From IMG/VR virus record IMGVR_UViG_3300011240_000001, positions 1-41,647 of that record: DNA of 41,647 nucleotides; one strand, given 5' to 3'. Made by a program: the position numbers and the translations under genes. Each line of letters starts with the position of its first letter. Position 1 is the stretch's first letter. The notes beneath the pieces were generated by a model, which was not told where the DNA came from, ran no database searches, and was given only the letters and a program-made list of their open reading frames with translations. Of the stretch, positions 6,776 to 16,381 are shown in pieces. The stretch is from a virus.

Positions 6776-8811
6776 TAGCGTAGCTCCAAGCTTACATTCG
6801 TAAAATTAGTTTGATGCATATACATGCGCCACTTTTCAGATGCTTCAGATGGTGAAGCATCAGTTGAGTAAAGAATTTTTAAAGCCATTTGGTTTTGGTC
6901 GTTGAATTCAGGGACAAAACTCGCTTTATACGCGTTGTTTTCCAGCAACAAGTTTTGTGTCCACTCGAAATTTAAAAAGTCGTCAGAAATACCAAAGTAA
7001 ATTGTGTTATCTGGTGGATAGCAGTACACCAACATGCAGACTTTGTTCCCAACAATCTTTATATCCTGGTGCCATGGCTTAAAAGGTAAAACCAAAGTCC
7101 CTGCATATTCCCAAGCATCCTCATGAAGATGCTTTGCTTTAAACAAACGCATTGCGTCAGTGGTTAAACTTAATGTTGTCAGATACATGTGCCAGTAGCC
7201 ACTCGCAACGTCATAGACAATTGCTGGTGATCCTGCACCACCAGCAAGCGCATGATCAGTATTTTTAAAAATGCGCTCTCGTGCTGTCCAGTTGTAACCA
7301 TCCTTCGTTTTACGCATCCATAAAGCATCTACACGTACACCATCGTTATTTGGATTGCGCAATGTTTGTCGCCAAATGCAAATTAGCTCACCAGTGCGCG
7401 GATCGTACGCGAGCACATTGTCCGAGTTATGGCCATTGCTGAATTCTGGAGTTGGTCGCACATCAAGTGGCTGATCAAATCCATCAAGCAAATCAAAATT
7501 GATTAAATCATTTGATCCGTAAATGCATGGATTTTCCTCTGCTTCATTTGTCAAATGATATGGAGTGATAGCAATAATATATCGATAGCCACGGAACCCG
7601 TTGTAAAACTCTAAAATGTGAGGATGACAAGCCCCGTCGTCATCACGATACGGACTGTTGATCTCAAGCCGTGTTGAGTTAGCACGACCAAATTGATTAA
7701 TATCATTTATCCATGTTTTGTTGATCGTGTAATTCTGTGGAAAGTAATGCAGCGGTGCAGGTGCTTTCGCTCCTGTTTGTGCGTACATTAATGTATTAAG
7801 AACTGTCTGAACTTGTGGCGTAACTGTATCTTTATATGATCGATTTTCAGCAATAGAAGTATCTTTGATTGATTCACTTTTACGATTAATTTCATCTCGC
7901 ACAGATTCAAATTCAGTTGCAATATCATTTGAAAGACCGACAATATAATAGCGACCATCCTCTTTAATTCTTGCGACAATATTGCCATCTAGATCAGTGA
8001 CAAGATAAAGATCATCTGTACCATAATTTTGTCGATTGATAGATTCTGTCACTGTGCCTACTTTCAAATTTAAAGTTGAAAACTCCATTTGAATTGGGGT
8101 ATCAAGACCTACAACATATAACTCACCATGTGAAGTTATTCTTGCAACAATATTTCCCTCAATATCAGTAAATACATGTAAATCATCTTGATCAGTTAAA
8201 ACATTAATCGATTCTCGAATCTCATTAACAGTTTCATCAACCGCCTGCATAACCTCTTGTTGCTGAGCACTAAATTGAAGTTGTATTGGGTTATCAAGTC
8301 CAACAACATGAAACATGCCTTTCCGATCAATACGTGCAACAATGTTGCCTTCCACATCTGCAAATTGATGTAAATCGTCATCTAAACTGACATAAAGTTT
8401 CCGAGCAACGAAATTCTTTAGCTCTTCAGCACGCTCGGATGTGTAATTCATCGAACGATCTAAGTCACTCAAACCAGTGTCAGTCCAGGTGCCCGCGACA
8501 GGAGTTACACCTTCAGCACTGGTACGAGTCCAACGATATATTTTACGGGTATCGTCGGCACGCGCACGCATTTCAGCCACAGCAGGCTTGTCAGCTAAAA
8601 GCAAAGCCTCAGTTGTATAGCCCTTGTAAAACCCTTGAGCCACTACCTGGTCAGCTTTTTGCTGCAAGTCTTGAATGACTTGAGGTGCGGTCTTGTATGG
8701 ATTTCCATAACGCGGATTTACAGTGCCTAGTTCATTTGCTGCTTTACCAAGATTGTCTACATCAATATCAGCATTAATTAACTTTTCTCTCGTAACTGGT
8801 TGATCAGCCAT
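6775..8811 (-). CDS. Tail fibre / tailspike with three tandem repeats and a putative enzymatic C-terminal domain
   Basis: The position after the J-like gene supports a fibre call. SD GGAGAG lies before ATG 8811. The repeat is DDLHxFxDxEGNIVARIxxxGxxxVVGLDxPIQxEFS x3. The C-terminal half has W/Y/D-rich blade-like segments. Confidence 0.8.
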   Translation of the reverse strand: MADQPVTREKLINADIDVDNLGKAANELGTVNPRYGNPYKTAPQVIQDLQQKADQVVAQGFYKGYTTEALLLADKPAVAEMRARADDTRKIYRWTRTSAEGVTPVAGTWTDTGLSDLDRSMNYTSERAEELKNFVARKLYVSLDDDLHQFADVEGNIVARIDRKGMFHVVGLDNPIQLQFSAQQQEVMQAVDETVNEIRESINVLTDQDDLHVFTDIEGNIVARITSHGELYVVGLDTPIQMEFSTLNLKVGTVTESINRQNYGTDDLYLVTDLDGNIVARIKEDGRYYIVGLSNDIATEFESVRDEINRKSESIKDTSIAENRSYKDTVTPQVQTVLNTLMYAQTGAKAPAPLHYFPQNYTINKTWINDINQFGRANSTRLEINSPYRDDDGACHPHILEFYNGFRGYRYIIAITPYHLTNEAEENPCIYGSNDLINFDLLDGFDQPLDVRPTPEFSNGHNSDNVLAYDPRTGELICIWRQTLRNPNNDGVRVDALWMRKTKDGYNWTARERIFKNTDHALAGGAGSPAIVYDVASGYWHMYLTTLSLTTDAMRLFKAKHLHEDAWEYAGTLVLPFKPWHQDIKIVGNKVCMLVYCYPPDNTIYFGISDDFLNFEWTQNLLLENNAYKASFVPEFNDQNQMALKILYSTDASPSEASEKWRMYMHQTNFTNVSLELR
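7903..8382 (-). repeat. Three in-frame coding repeats (~38 aa cores) inside the fibre gene
   Basis: Cores at about residues 150-187, 214-251 and 271-309, numbered from the 8829 start of the ORF track. All three share (E/D)GNIVARI; VVGLDxPIQxxFS is shared by the first two and is divergent (IVGLSNDIATEFES) in the third. Confidence 0.85.
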
Positions 8812-8826
8812 GTTTCTCTCCGGCAT

Positions 8827-8847
8827 CAAAAAACCACCCGAGGGTGG
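8827..8847 (-). terminator. Rho-independent terminator after the J-like gene
   Basis: Minus-strand hairpin CCACC-CUCG-GGUGG followed by UUUUUUU. Confidence 0.65.
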
Positions 8848-8850
8848 CTG

Positions 8851-11682
8851 TTAAATCAAATTGTTTATGTGGTCTTTGTCGTTGCTGTAGTAGCGAGCAT
8901 CGTAGTTAATTGCAGTGACTTCGCTTTCGAATGGTCCAGAGTGGGATTTTTCGGTAATCAGAAATGCTTCTGAATCTTTCTCTGTGGAGAGAGTAATAGA
9001 ATATTTTGCATATTCTTCATACTCACTTTTAACTACTAAAGGCAAGATCGGTAAGCGCTCTAAAACTAGATGATATTCATCCTCGCCTTGGGTTACAGCC
9101 ATCACTTCAACGCTCCGGTTGATATGCTGCAGATGAATTAGGTAGCTCTTGGCTGGATCAAGGTTAGTGGGTTGTGAAACACCTATTATCTGACCATCCC
9201 AAAACTCAATATCCCCAGAAGGAACACCATTACCCAGCATTACTATGGATGAAATAGTGTCATCCGTCACAGCAATCCGGTCATTCAGAGAAACCAAATC
9301 TGCTTCACCATACCCGGTGAATTTCACTGTTTCACGCTGATACTGGATCTTATTCCAGGCGCGATGAGCCAAGAAGTGCGCTTGATACTTATTGGTTACA
9401 CCGGCAAGCTCAAGCTTTTTCGGATTTGTAATGAAATCATTTGGCAACCGAATGATTGATTCAACCCATCCATCTGCAGGATCAATCCAGGTTACTTCCA
9501 CTCCATCGTATTCACGGTCTATTCCGTATTTCTCAGATCGAGTTTCTGAGAAAGGTCGCTTATTCCGGTGATTAAACAGGATGCTTGAGTTTGGATTTTC
9601 CTTTTCAAACTGGAAGTAAATCTGTGATCCTTCACGCCTTGCATTCGATCCCACACAGCTTGCAATCTGAGCCAAAGATTCCTCATAAGACTGAGAGCCT
9701 TGATCAAATGTGTAATTGAAATGCGCAGCTAATGGAGTGCCAAAGTAGCTCTTAATTTCATTTGAGGTGGTATAAATACCGGTAACATCAATATCGTTCA
9801 GCGTACGACGACCAATCAGTGGATCAAGCGTAATTGCAACCACGATATCGGCAAAGTCATTCGTTGGCTGCTTACTGAGTGATTGAGCGCCAGATGCATA
9901 TGTGTAAAGCTTTTGTGTTGCAATGCAATTCCACTGGCGCTCTTTTACCGATAAAGCTCCATCGGTCGCCACCGTTTCAGAGCGAACCATAGTGACTTTT
10001 GGGTAAACCAGTTTTTTAAGATAAGAGCAGGCATAGACAGACTTAAGTTTGATCTCATCATAAACAGCAGAGCGAGCATAGGTGTTTTGCGAAGTCTTGC
10101 GAACTCGTACACGCACACCTTCAGCAAAAGCTACTGGCAACTCTATACTTTCCGACACACCAAAAGATGACTGCCTTTGATGAAGCATGTAGTTATCCAA
10201 GGTAAGCACTGGACCAACCGGCGAATTCCCTTCAATTTCCTGATATTCAATTTCATAAGAAGCATGCATTTGTGCATTTTTCCCATCAGTACGGACCGAA
10301 AACAAACCTTTAGGAAAATAGAAATTGAATAGAAGTTTTTCAACATCAGTAGTATTGATGTAGAGCCAACCTAGCCAGTTATCTGTATATTTGCGAAGCT
10401 CAATATTCGCACTATTAACTGTAATGCCGTTAAGTTTATCCCATTCTGATTGAAGCTCTACAGGGATATCCAATTCAATAAAATCTGATGTAACGCTGGT
10501 GATATTTGCGTAACTACCAGAGATATTGATTGACTTACTGTTACTGGTCAGAATATTGGAACTGTTGGCCAGATTATCTGTAGTCATCAAAGCCCAGTTT
10601 GGGTTTACCGCTACTGGGTTTCCTAAAGTTATCTCATATGCATATGATCCACTTTTGGATATAGATGAAACAGTATATCGACCAGATAAATCTAGAATTC
10701 CATTCACGGCATCTTCAATCAGAAGCGTATCAATCTGAATTCCTTTAAAATCATTTGGACTTTCAACATTCACTGGTGAGCCAATCGTGATTACACCTGT
10801 TCGCTCCACATTGGTTGATCCAGATAATTGAATATCCTTAACCCCGATCTGCTCTGCACGAATTACCACAGATTCACCAGTATTAAAGGTTGCATCCAAA
10901 CCACCACCAACCAAATACAGGCGGTTCGGCCACTGTGGATACATTGTACCTTCAACAGCCGTGTCAATGACTGGCTCAGTTGGATCTGGCAAGGTTTGAC
11001 CAGTAATAGCTGAGCTCTTTTTCCCAATCAAAGGTGCTTCAGTGAATGATCTGCCAATCTGAATTTGAGGTGTGCTGGTCAGATTTATACCGGGCGCATA
11101 AACTGATGTTGAAAAACCATCAATCGTTGAGCCAAAGGTATCACCATCTTTAATGTCTGATATTTCAAACTCACCACGACCAAGGCACATCAGACATTCT
11201 TCAACCTCCACCCCATCTTCTTTGTAATAAAGAATTGGCTGTGCAACCAGATCTGGTATAGATTTTACGGTTCCATAAATATCAGGTACTCGCCCCTTTA
11301 TTCGCTCACGGTTATTTCGATTTGATAGCTCGTTATTTCCAGACTTTTGATCCATTTGTGGAACGTCTGGCATGTTGAGATAGGTGTAAATCGCAAGACC
11401 GGCAGACAGAACTGCAGTAGCCACAAGGAAGATTGTTAGAGGCTCACCCGCTTCACACACAATATCAAAGTCATTCGTTTTGGCCAGCATTTGCAAGGAC
11501 GCAGCATCTATGTGATTAGATGGCGTTACATCGTTTTGCTGACATGCTGGACGTAAAAAAACCCGCGCTTGCGGGCTTTTCTTTTTTACTTCGATAAAGG
11601 TTTCAAGAACCTTGTCTGTTCTTATGTGAAGAACTTCATCGCCCTCATCAACCGGGTTCCTGAAAATACGTAATCGGCTCAT
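8851..11682 (-). CDS. Central tail fibre / host-specificity protein (J-like) with a gpI-like N-terminal region
   Basis: 943 aa, located after the K-like gene. The N-terminal ~170 aa hold a hydrophobic helix (PLTIFLVATAVLSAGLAIYTY) followed by RVPDIYGTVK, which parallels lambda gpI. Confidence 0.75.
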   Translation of the reverse strand: MSRLRIFRNPVDEGDEVLHIRTDKVLETFIEVKKKSPQARVFLRPACQQNDVTPSNHIDAASLQMLAKTNDFDIVCEAGEPLTIFLVATAVLSAGLAIYTYLNMPDVPQMDQKSGNNELSNRNNRERIKGRVPDIYGTVKSIPDLVAQPILYYKEDGVEVEECLMCLGRGEFEISDIKDGDTFGSTIDGFSTSVYAPGINLTSTPQIQIGRSFTEAPLIGKKSSAITGQTLPDPTEPVIDTAVEGTMYPQWPNRLYLVGGGLDATFNTGESVVIRAEQIGVKDIQLSGSTNVERTGVITIGSPVNVESPNDFKGIQIDTLLIEDAVNGILDLSGRYTVSSISKSGSYAYEITLGNPVAVNPNWALMTTDNLANSSNILTSNSKSINISGSYANITSVTSDFIELDIPVELQSEWDKLNGITVNSANIELRKYTDNWLGWLYINTTDVEKLLFNFYFPKGLFSVRTDGKNAQMHASYEIEYQEIEGNSPVGPVLTLDNYMLHQRQSSFGVSESIELPVAFAEGVRVRVRKTSQNTYARSAVYDEIKLKSVYACSYLKKLVYPKVTMVRSETVATDGALSVKERQWNCIATQKLYTYASGAQSLSKQPTNDFADIVVAITLDPLIGRRTLNDIDVTGIYTTSNEIKSYFGTPLAAHFNYTFDQGSQSYEESLAQIASCVGSNARREGSQIYFQFEKENPNSSILFNHRNKRPFSETRSEKYGIDREYDGVEVTWIDPADGWVESIIRLPNDFITNPKKLELAGVTNKYQAHFLAHRAWNKIQYQRETVKFTGYGEADLVSLNDRIAVTDDTISSIVMLGNGVPSGDIEFWDGQIIGVSQPTNLDPAKSYLIHLQHINRSVEVMAVTQGEDEYHLVLERLPILPLVVKSEYEEYAKYSITLSTEKDSEAFLITEKSHSGPFESEVTAINYDARYYSNDKDHINNLI

Positions 11683-12031
11683 AGTATCGAATCCGTTTGT
11701 AAAAGCGTTGTATGGTGATGAGTGGTAAGAAATGAGTACCCATTTCAGTCAAATGCAAAACCTTGCCACAATAAAAAAGCCCCACATGGGAGCTTTGATT
11801 TATATTGGTCATCAGGACAATGGTGCCGTCTACTGGCTCCTTGATTTGCCTGTTGCGTGTGGCTGTATGTCTTGATGTTCGCAAAGTTTCATGCAATGAA
11901 GATGTGAGCCCAATAAAGCTGTCTGAGTAATCTTGGTTAAAAAGATATTGAGCTGCCTCAATCAAAAAGTGCACACAGTGGTATTTCTCTGGGTCGTATT
12001 TGCGATCCAGTAAAGCATCAATACTCTTCAT
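11648..12031 (-). CDS. Tail tip assembly protein, NlpC/P60 (C40) fold, lambda K-like position
   Basis: Cys in KYHCVHF and His in SSHVGLF fit an NlpC/P60 pattern. The gene lies between the L-like and J-like genes. Confidence 0.6.
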   Translation of the reverse strand: MKSIDALLDRKYDPEKYHCVHFLIEAAQYLFNQDYSDSFIGLTSSLHETLRTSRHTATRNRQIKEPVDGTIVLMTNINQSSHVGLFYCGKVLHLTEMGTHFLPLITIQRFYKRIRYYEPITYFQEPG

Positions 12032-12528
12032 TAGAAAAACGACCTTAAACTTGGAAACTCATCAACCGTATAAAACAACCCTGAGCCGGTAGAGTTAGCC
12101 CGCTTGGTTGCTGCATTGAATGTTGTGGCCTGATGATCAGTATTCCGTTCTTCTACCTCATAACCTCGCGTTACCTGTACAGGTGACTCAAGATTAGTGG
12201 ACGAATAGGCGCGATAGATAATCTTAGGCCGCTCAAAATTATTCGCATCACGGATAATCTTAAGCAGTTGCGGCACCACCTGACCCAAATCACCTACAGT
12301 CACCTTAATGTTTTGGTCTAAATCGTCAGAGGTTGTGCCTTTATTGATCTGCACCGGCATAAACTCATAGTTGTATACCATTCCATTTTCGTGCTTTACG
12401 GTCACACCATCTGCATGATTGGTTACATAGCGCAGTGGCTTTGGCCAGAGTGGATGACTGATCTCTATCAGCTCAAGCATGGCCGCGCTTGGTGTTGCAT
12501 CCAAATGGAATTTATCTAAATCACTCAT
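12031..12528 (-). CDS. Minor tail protein, lambda L-like (DUF1833-type)
   Basis: The N-terminal segment AMLELIEISHP and the gene's position and size fit the family. TAATG-type overlap with its neighbours. Confidence 0.65.
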   Translation of the reverse strand: MSDLDKFHLDATPSAAMLELIEISHPLWPKPLRYVTNHADGVTVKHENGMVYNYEFMPVQINKGTTSDDLDQNIKVTVGDLGQVVPQLLKIIRDANNFERPKIIYRAYSSTNLESPVQVTRGYEVEERNTDHQATTFNAATKRANSTGSGLFYTVDEFPSLRSFF

Positions 12529-13004
12529 GAGACCCCCAAAGCATTCGGCATTGTTTCGTTCACTAATTTTTCAAGTAAATTCAGCATCTCAAGTGGATTG
12601 CCCGATTCCCACAGGTCCACAATCTGCTGATCGAAGGTCAAATCACCATTGTTTAACGGTTTACAGCGCACCTGGAATGACACGGAATAAATCACACCGC
12701 TACGCTCACCGACTGACAGAGAATCAGCGACGAACTGGCAGGTATGATCCTGTGCTTCAGCTGAGTCAGTTATCAGTCGCCATAAAAATGGCTTTGGATC
12801 GAGCGTATGCAATCGCCAAAATGCCCAGAAATACTGAGCATGGGTTTTGGTTTTAAGCAGTACAGATACATTGGCCACATGCACGTTATTTACAAACATT
12901 CTTCGCTGACGGGCGAACCCGCCAGGAAGTTGCTGCTCCAACATATTGTTGCCAGGTGAAAAGGAATACCCGGCTTGTAACGGGCATAACGCAAAACTAT
13001 TCAT
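12525..13004 (-). CDS. Minor/distal tail protein (lambda M position)
   Basis: Immediately downstream of the tape measure gene, with a TAATG overlap. Confidence 0.6.
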   Translation of the reverse strand: MNSFALCPLQAGYSFSPGNNMLEQQLPGGFARQRRMFVNNVHVANVSVLLKTKTHAQYFWAFWRLHTLDPKPFLWRLITDSAEAQDHTCQFVADSLSVGERSGVIYSVSFQVRCKPLNNGDLTFDQQIVDLWESGNPLEMLNLLEKLVNETMPNALGVS

Positions 13005-15910
13005 TATCGCTTAACTCCCGCTGTGGTGTTGCGCTGCACCTGCTTTGATTCAAACGAGTTTGGATTCGCCAAATTAGACCAAGATTGCTTGATTTTCTTT
13101 TCCACAATATCAATGGTTACAGCCCCATCAGCACCGCGACTTTGCTCAGCCGTGTACCCAGGAGGAACATTGATATTGATTTGAGGTCCATTGTTGCTCT
13201 GATTGGCAATCATGTTTTTCAAATCGGCATTCGTCCGACTATCGACAACACGTTCGCCTTTATCCAAGAGCCATGTGCCTTCTTTCGGAATATTGTCGAT
13301 ACCGTCGTGGGCCATGCCTGCAATGGTTTGGCCGGCGATGATACCTGCGCTCATGTATCCATTGATCTTGATCAAGGATGAAAGTGGAGCACCAGCAACC
13401 GGCCCTAAACCAATAGGAGGTGGTGCCAACGCTGCCGCAGAAGCAACATTGGCATAGATAATTGCTTGGGCTGCTGCCATTGACTGTTGAATCAAAAACA
13501 TTGCCTTGAAAGCGCTAGACTGCTCACCTTGGCTGTCTTTGACAAGTTGGGTCATGTTGCCCCAAATCGAACTGACTTGAGATAACATTTCACCATACAG
13601 GTTCATTTTATTGTTGTATTGCTGAAACTCTAACTCCCACTCTTGGCTTGCATACTCTTCCGTTAGAGCTTTTTTAGCGTCCAGATAGGTTTTATACGCA
13701 TCATTGAGTCGCGCATATTTTTCTGTTTCACTTAAAAACTCATCATCTTCAATAGCTGCACGAGCAGAATAAAGACTATCAGCAAGCTGAGAATAACCAT
13801 CTTGCTGGTTGTTATTAATGCTCCATTGGTCATACTGGCTGGAACTTAGAGATGCTTTTGCTCTGGCATTTACACCAATACCCACCATATCGCTGATCGG
13901 ATTGTTTATTGCGCTGAATGCGGCTTGCTTTTTTGCATCCTGAGCTTTTTTAAACTCGGCGATATCTTTTTCATAAACCAGTCTTTGAAGCTTTAAATAC
14001 TTCTCACGGCTTGGATCATTTTCTGCAAAAGCCTCCTTGATTTCTTGAATAGAAACGGCATTTTCATACTCAATCTTTTCCTGCCCAGAAAGAAACTCTT
14101 TAGCAATAGCATGCTGCTTTCTTAAAGCTTCCTCTCTCAGTTTTTGAGTATCCTCATTAGCCTTTGCAACAATTGACACCTCTGCCTGAGCGTCCTTGAG
14201 TATCTCACTCGTTCCTTTATAGCCAAGAACAGAGACATGCACGTGCCCACCAGTAGATCGCCCAGATGGATTCGCATATTCATTAATTGCCTTAATGGTA
14301 AAGCCGTATTTTTTGGCTACTTCTTGTAGTCGCTTAATTGAGGCATTGGCTTCACTTTCATCCTTAACAGTAAAGTCAAAAGCCTGACCAACTGCATGTT
14401 TGCTATTAGTACCTTTATGATAGCTGTCATTAAAAGCTGTAAAACGATTAAGCTGAGAACCTAAAGCATCTTGAGCCAGTTTGGCAAATTCTGCTGTATA
14501 ACCTCTTACCTTGCCGCCAGCAACAGATTCACTAGACTTAATACGCAATCCATTTAATGCTGAAGCACCAACAAGGCCATTAAGTTTTTCCTGTTCTTTT
14601 GCTGCTTTGGCTGAAGCTGCTGCGGCCTTTTCCTTAGCTTTAGCATTCTCATCCGCAGCCTTAGTATCTATCTTTAATCCGGTTGCAGACTTGGTAGAAG
14701 CTGAATTGACAGCCAGAATAGCATTTACCAAATTGTTAGATGATGTGCTTGCAGTTGAACTGGATTCACTTAGGGAATTTATACGAGTTCCATAATCATC
14801 AAGAGTGGCAGCAATATCATCAAACATAATATTGATAGTATTGATTTTCTCACCCTTAAGAGCAGCAATCGCAGCAGCCACACCGCCAATCAATTTGCCG
14901 GCTATGCTAAAAGCTGCTGAAACTCCAAGCGCAACTTTGGTTACTGTTCTTAATACAGAACCAATGCCCTCACCAACCTGTTGAAGCTGAATACCATTTT
15001 TCGATGTACCAAAAATTGCATTTGCTACATCCACGATTGCTGGCATAAAGCCAGATACCAGCTGGTTTTTCCAGCCTTGAAATTGAAGGTTAACAGCCTG
15101 TGTTTGTGCTGCCAGAAGTTGAGATTGCTTGATAGCTTCTTCTGTTTTGAGTATCCCGGCATCTTCCAACGCCCTGCCGTAGTCGTCCAGAAGTTTTCCA
15201 TTTTCTGCGAATAACGGTGCAAGATTCCCTAGATCTGATGCCAAGCTTTCAAATACAAAGCGACGTTCTTGCGAGGTAACACCAAGCTCATCCAATTTAT
15301 CATTAAGCATTTGGATTGCTTCAATACCATCCTTGCCCTGAAGTGTTTTGGCGAATGACTTGATCTGATCTTCAGATAGTTTTGTATTATTCTTTAGGGC
15401 ATCAAAGAAGTCGGCAGCCCCACCACCCTGAGTTGCACTAAATTCACCCAGTTTTTCTTGTGTATCAGCCAGAATAGAACCCAGTTGATCTTGTGACACG
15501 CCCAAACCTTGGGATGCATACTCCAAGATCTGAAAACTTTTTACGCTTGTATTTGCTCGGTTTGCCAAAACCTGTAATTGACTATCTGCCTTTGCTGTTT
15601 CAATTGCTAGATGAGTTAGCCCACCAACAGCAGCCGTTATACCTCCAACCGCCATACCAGCCAGTGCTGCGCCCGCAACAAGAACCCCGCCTTTTAGCGA
15701 TGCCATTTTGGTATTAAATGAATCAACAAGCGATCCTAATTGCGTTCCATCTAATGCATCTGCAACTTGATCTTTAAATCCAGCAAATGCCTTATTCATG
15801 CCATCAGTGGTTTGTTTAGTCTTGCGCTCTGCCTGTGACATACCCTGTTCAAATGAACCGAGTTTTACTGCCAAATCTAGGGTCAATCGACCAAGGGATG
15901 CTGCTGCCAT
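13004..15910 (-). CDS. Tail tape measure protein with an embedded M15/LAS-type metallopeptidase motif
   Basis: 968 aa, Ala/Gly/Gln-rich and helical, with hydrophobic glycine-rich blocks. It contains the internal motifs SKHAVGQAFDF and GGHVHVS. Confidence 0.9.
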   Translation of the reverse strand: MAAASLGRLTLDLAVKLGSFEQGMSQAERKTKQTTDGMNKAFAGFKDQVADALDGTQLGSLVDSFNTKMASLKGGVLVAGAALAGMAVGGITAAVGGLTHLAIETAKADSQLQVLANRANTSVKSFQILEYASQGLGVSQDQLGSILADTQEKLGEFSATQGGGAADFFDALKNNTKLSEDQIKSFAKTLQGKDGIEAIQMLNDKLDELGVTSQERRFVFESLASDLGNLAPLFAENGKLLDDYGRALEDAGILKTEEAIKQSQLLAAQTQAVNLQFQGWKNQLVSGFMPAIVDVANAIFGTSKNGIQLQQVGEGIGSVLRTVTKVALGVSAAFSIAGKLIGGVAAAIAALKGEKINTINIMFDDIAATLDDYGTRINSLSESSSTASTSSNNLVNAILAVNSASTKSATGLKIDTKAADENAKAKEKAAAASAKAAKEQEKLNGLVGASALNGLRIKSSESVAGGKVRGYTAEFAKLAQDALGSQLNRFTAFNDSYHKGTNSKHAVGQAFDFTVKDESEANASIKRLQEVAKKYGFTIKAINEYANPSGRSTGGHVHVSVLGYKGTSEILKDAQAEVSIVAKANEDTQKLREEALRKQHAIAKEFLSGQEKIEYENAVSIQEIKEAFAENDPSREKYLKLQRLVYEKDIAEFKKAQDAKKQAAFSAINNPISDMVGIGVNARAKASLSSSQYDQWSINNNQQDGYSQLADSLYSARAAIEDDEFLSETEKYARLNDAYKTYLDAKKALTEEYASQEWELEFQQYNNKMNLYGEMLSQVSSIWGNMTQLVKDSQGEQSSAFKAMFLIQQSMAAAQAIIYANVASAAALAPPPIGLGPVAGAPLSSLIKINGYMSAGIIAGQTIAGMAHDGIDNIPKEGTWLLDKGERVVDSRTNADLKNMIANQSNNGPQININVPPGYTAEQSRGADGAVTIDIVEKKIKQSWSNLANPNSFESKQVQRNTTAGVKR

Positions 15911-15928
15911 AACTTTTCCTCAGGCAAT

Positions 15929-15951
15929 AAAAAAGCGCCCTTTCGGACGCT
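15929..15951 (-). terminator. Rho-independent terminator closing the moron cassette, just before the tape-measure SD
   Basis: Minus-strand AGCGUCC-GAAA-GGGCGCU (one G-U pair) followed by UUUUUU. GAGGAAAAGTTATG of the tape measure gene follows. Confidence 0.75.
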
Positions 15952-15970
15952 CTAGAACCATTAAATACTT

Positions 15971-16378
15971 CTATAGATTTTTTTCACAATAAGGTGATGC
16001 ATTAGTTAATCGCGGATCAGGCTTATAATTAAATGTGGCAGATCCTAAATAGTTAACTTTCAGTGTAAGCTCTTCATTAGTGTTTTTAGTAATGGTTTGT
16101 TTTAATCCATTCTGCATATACATCACACCGTCAGCAATTTTAAGCTTTTCTAATGTATTTGAATCACCATAACTTGAACACATCAATCCGGTTCCATCAC
16201 CATTGAATTTAAATGTCACTAGATAAGGGCCATTGTTGCCAGACCAGTATCCATTTAATGAATTGTCATTAGGTAGAATGGTGGTGAAATTATTTTTCAG
16301 CATATCGCTGGTTGGGCTAGCGCATCCAATCAAACCCAGACATGCAAACCCTGCAAATAGTATTTTTTTCATACCCAT
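15971..16378 (-). CDS. Lipoprotein of unknown function
   Basis: Signal peptide MKKILFAGFACLGLIGC with lipobox LIGC. The gene starts 3 nt after the upstream stop. Confidence 0.8.
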   Translation of the reverse strand: MGMKKILFAGFACLGLIGCASPTSDMLKNNFTTILPNDNSLNGYWSGNNGPYLVTFKFNGDGTGLMCSSYGDSNTLEKLKIADGVMYMQNGLKQTITKNTNEELTLKVNYLGSATFNYKPDPRLTNASPYCEKNL

Positions 16379-16381
16379 TCC

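Noticed and set aside
12479-15992. Plus-strand ORFs of 64-125 aa (12479-12856, 13085-13381, 13203-13457, 14511-14795, 14981-15214, 15493-15717, 15798-15992) antisense to the tail genes.
   Set aside because: They lie wholly inside long, well-supported minus-strand genes and have low-complexity Ala/Pro/Ser/Leu-rich translations. They have no SD or coupling context and are typical shadow ORFs.
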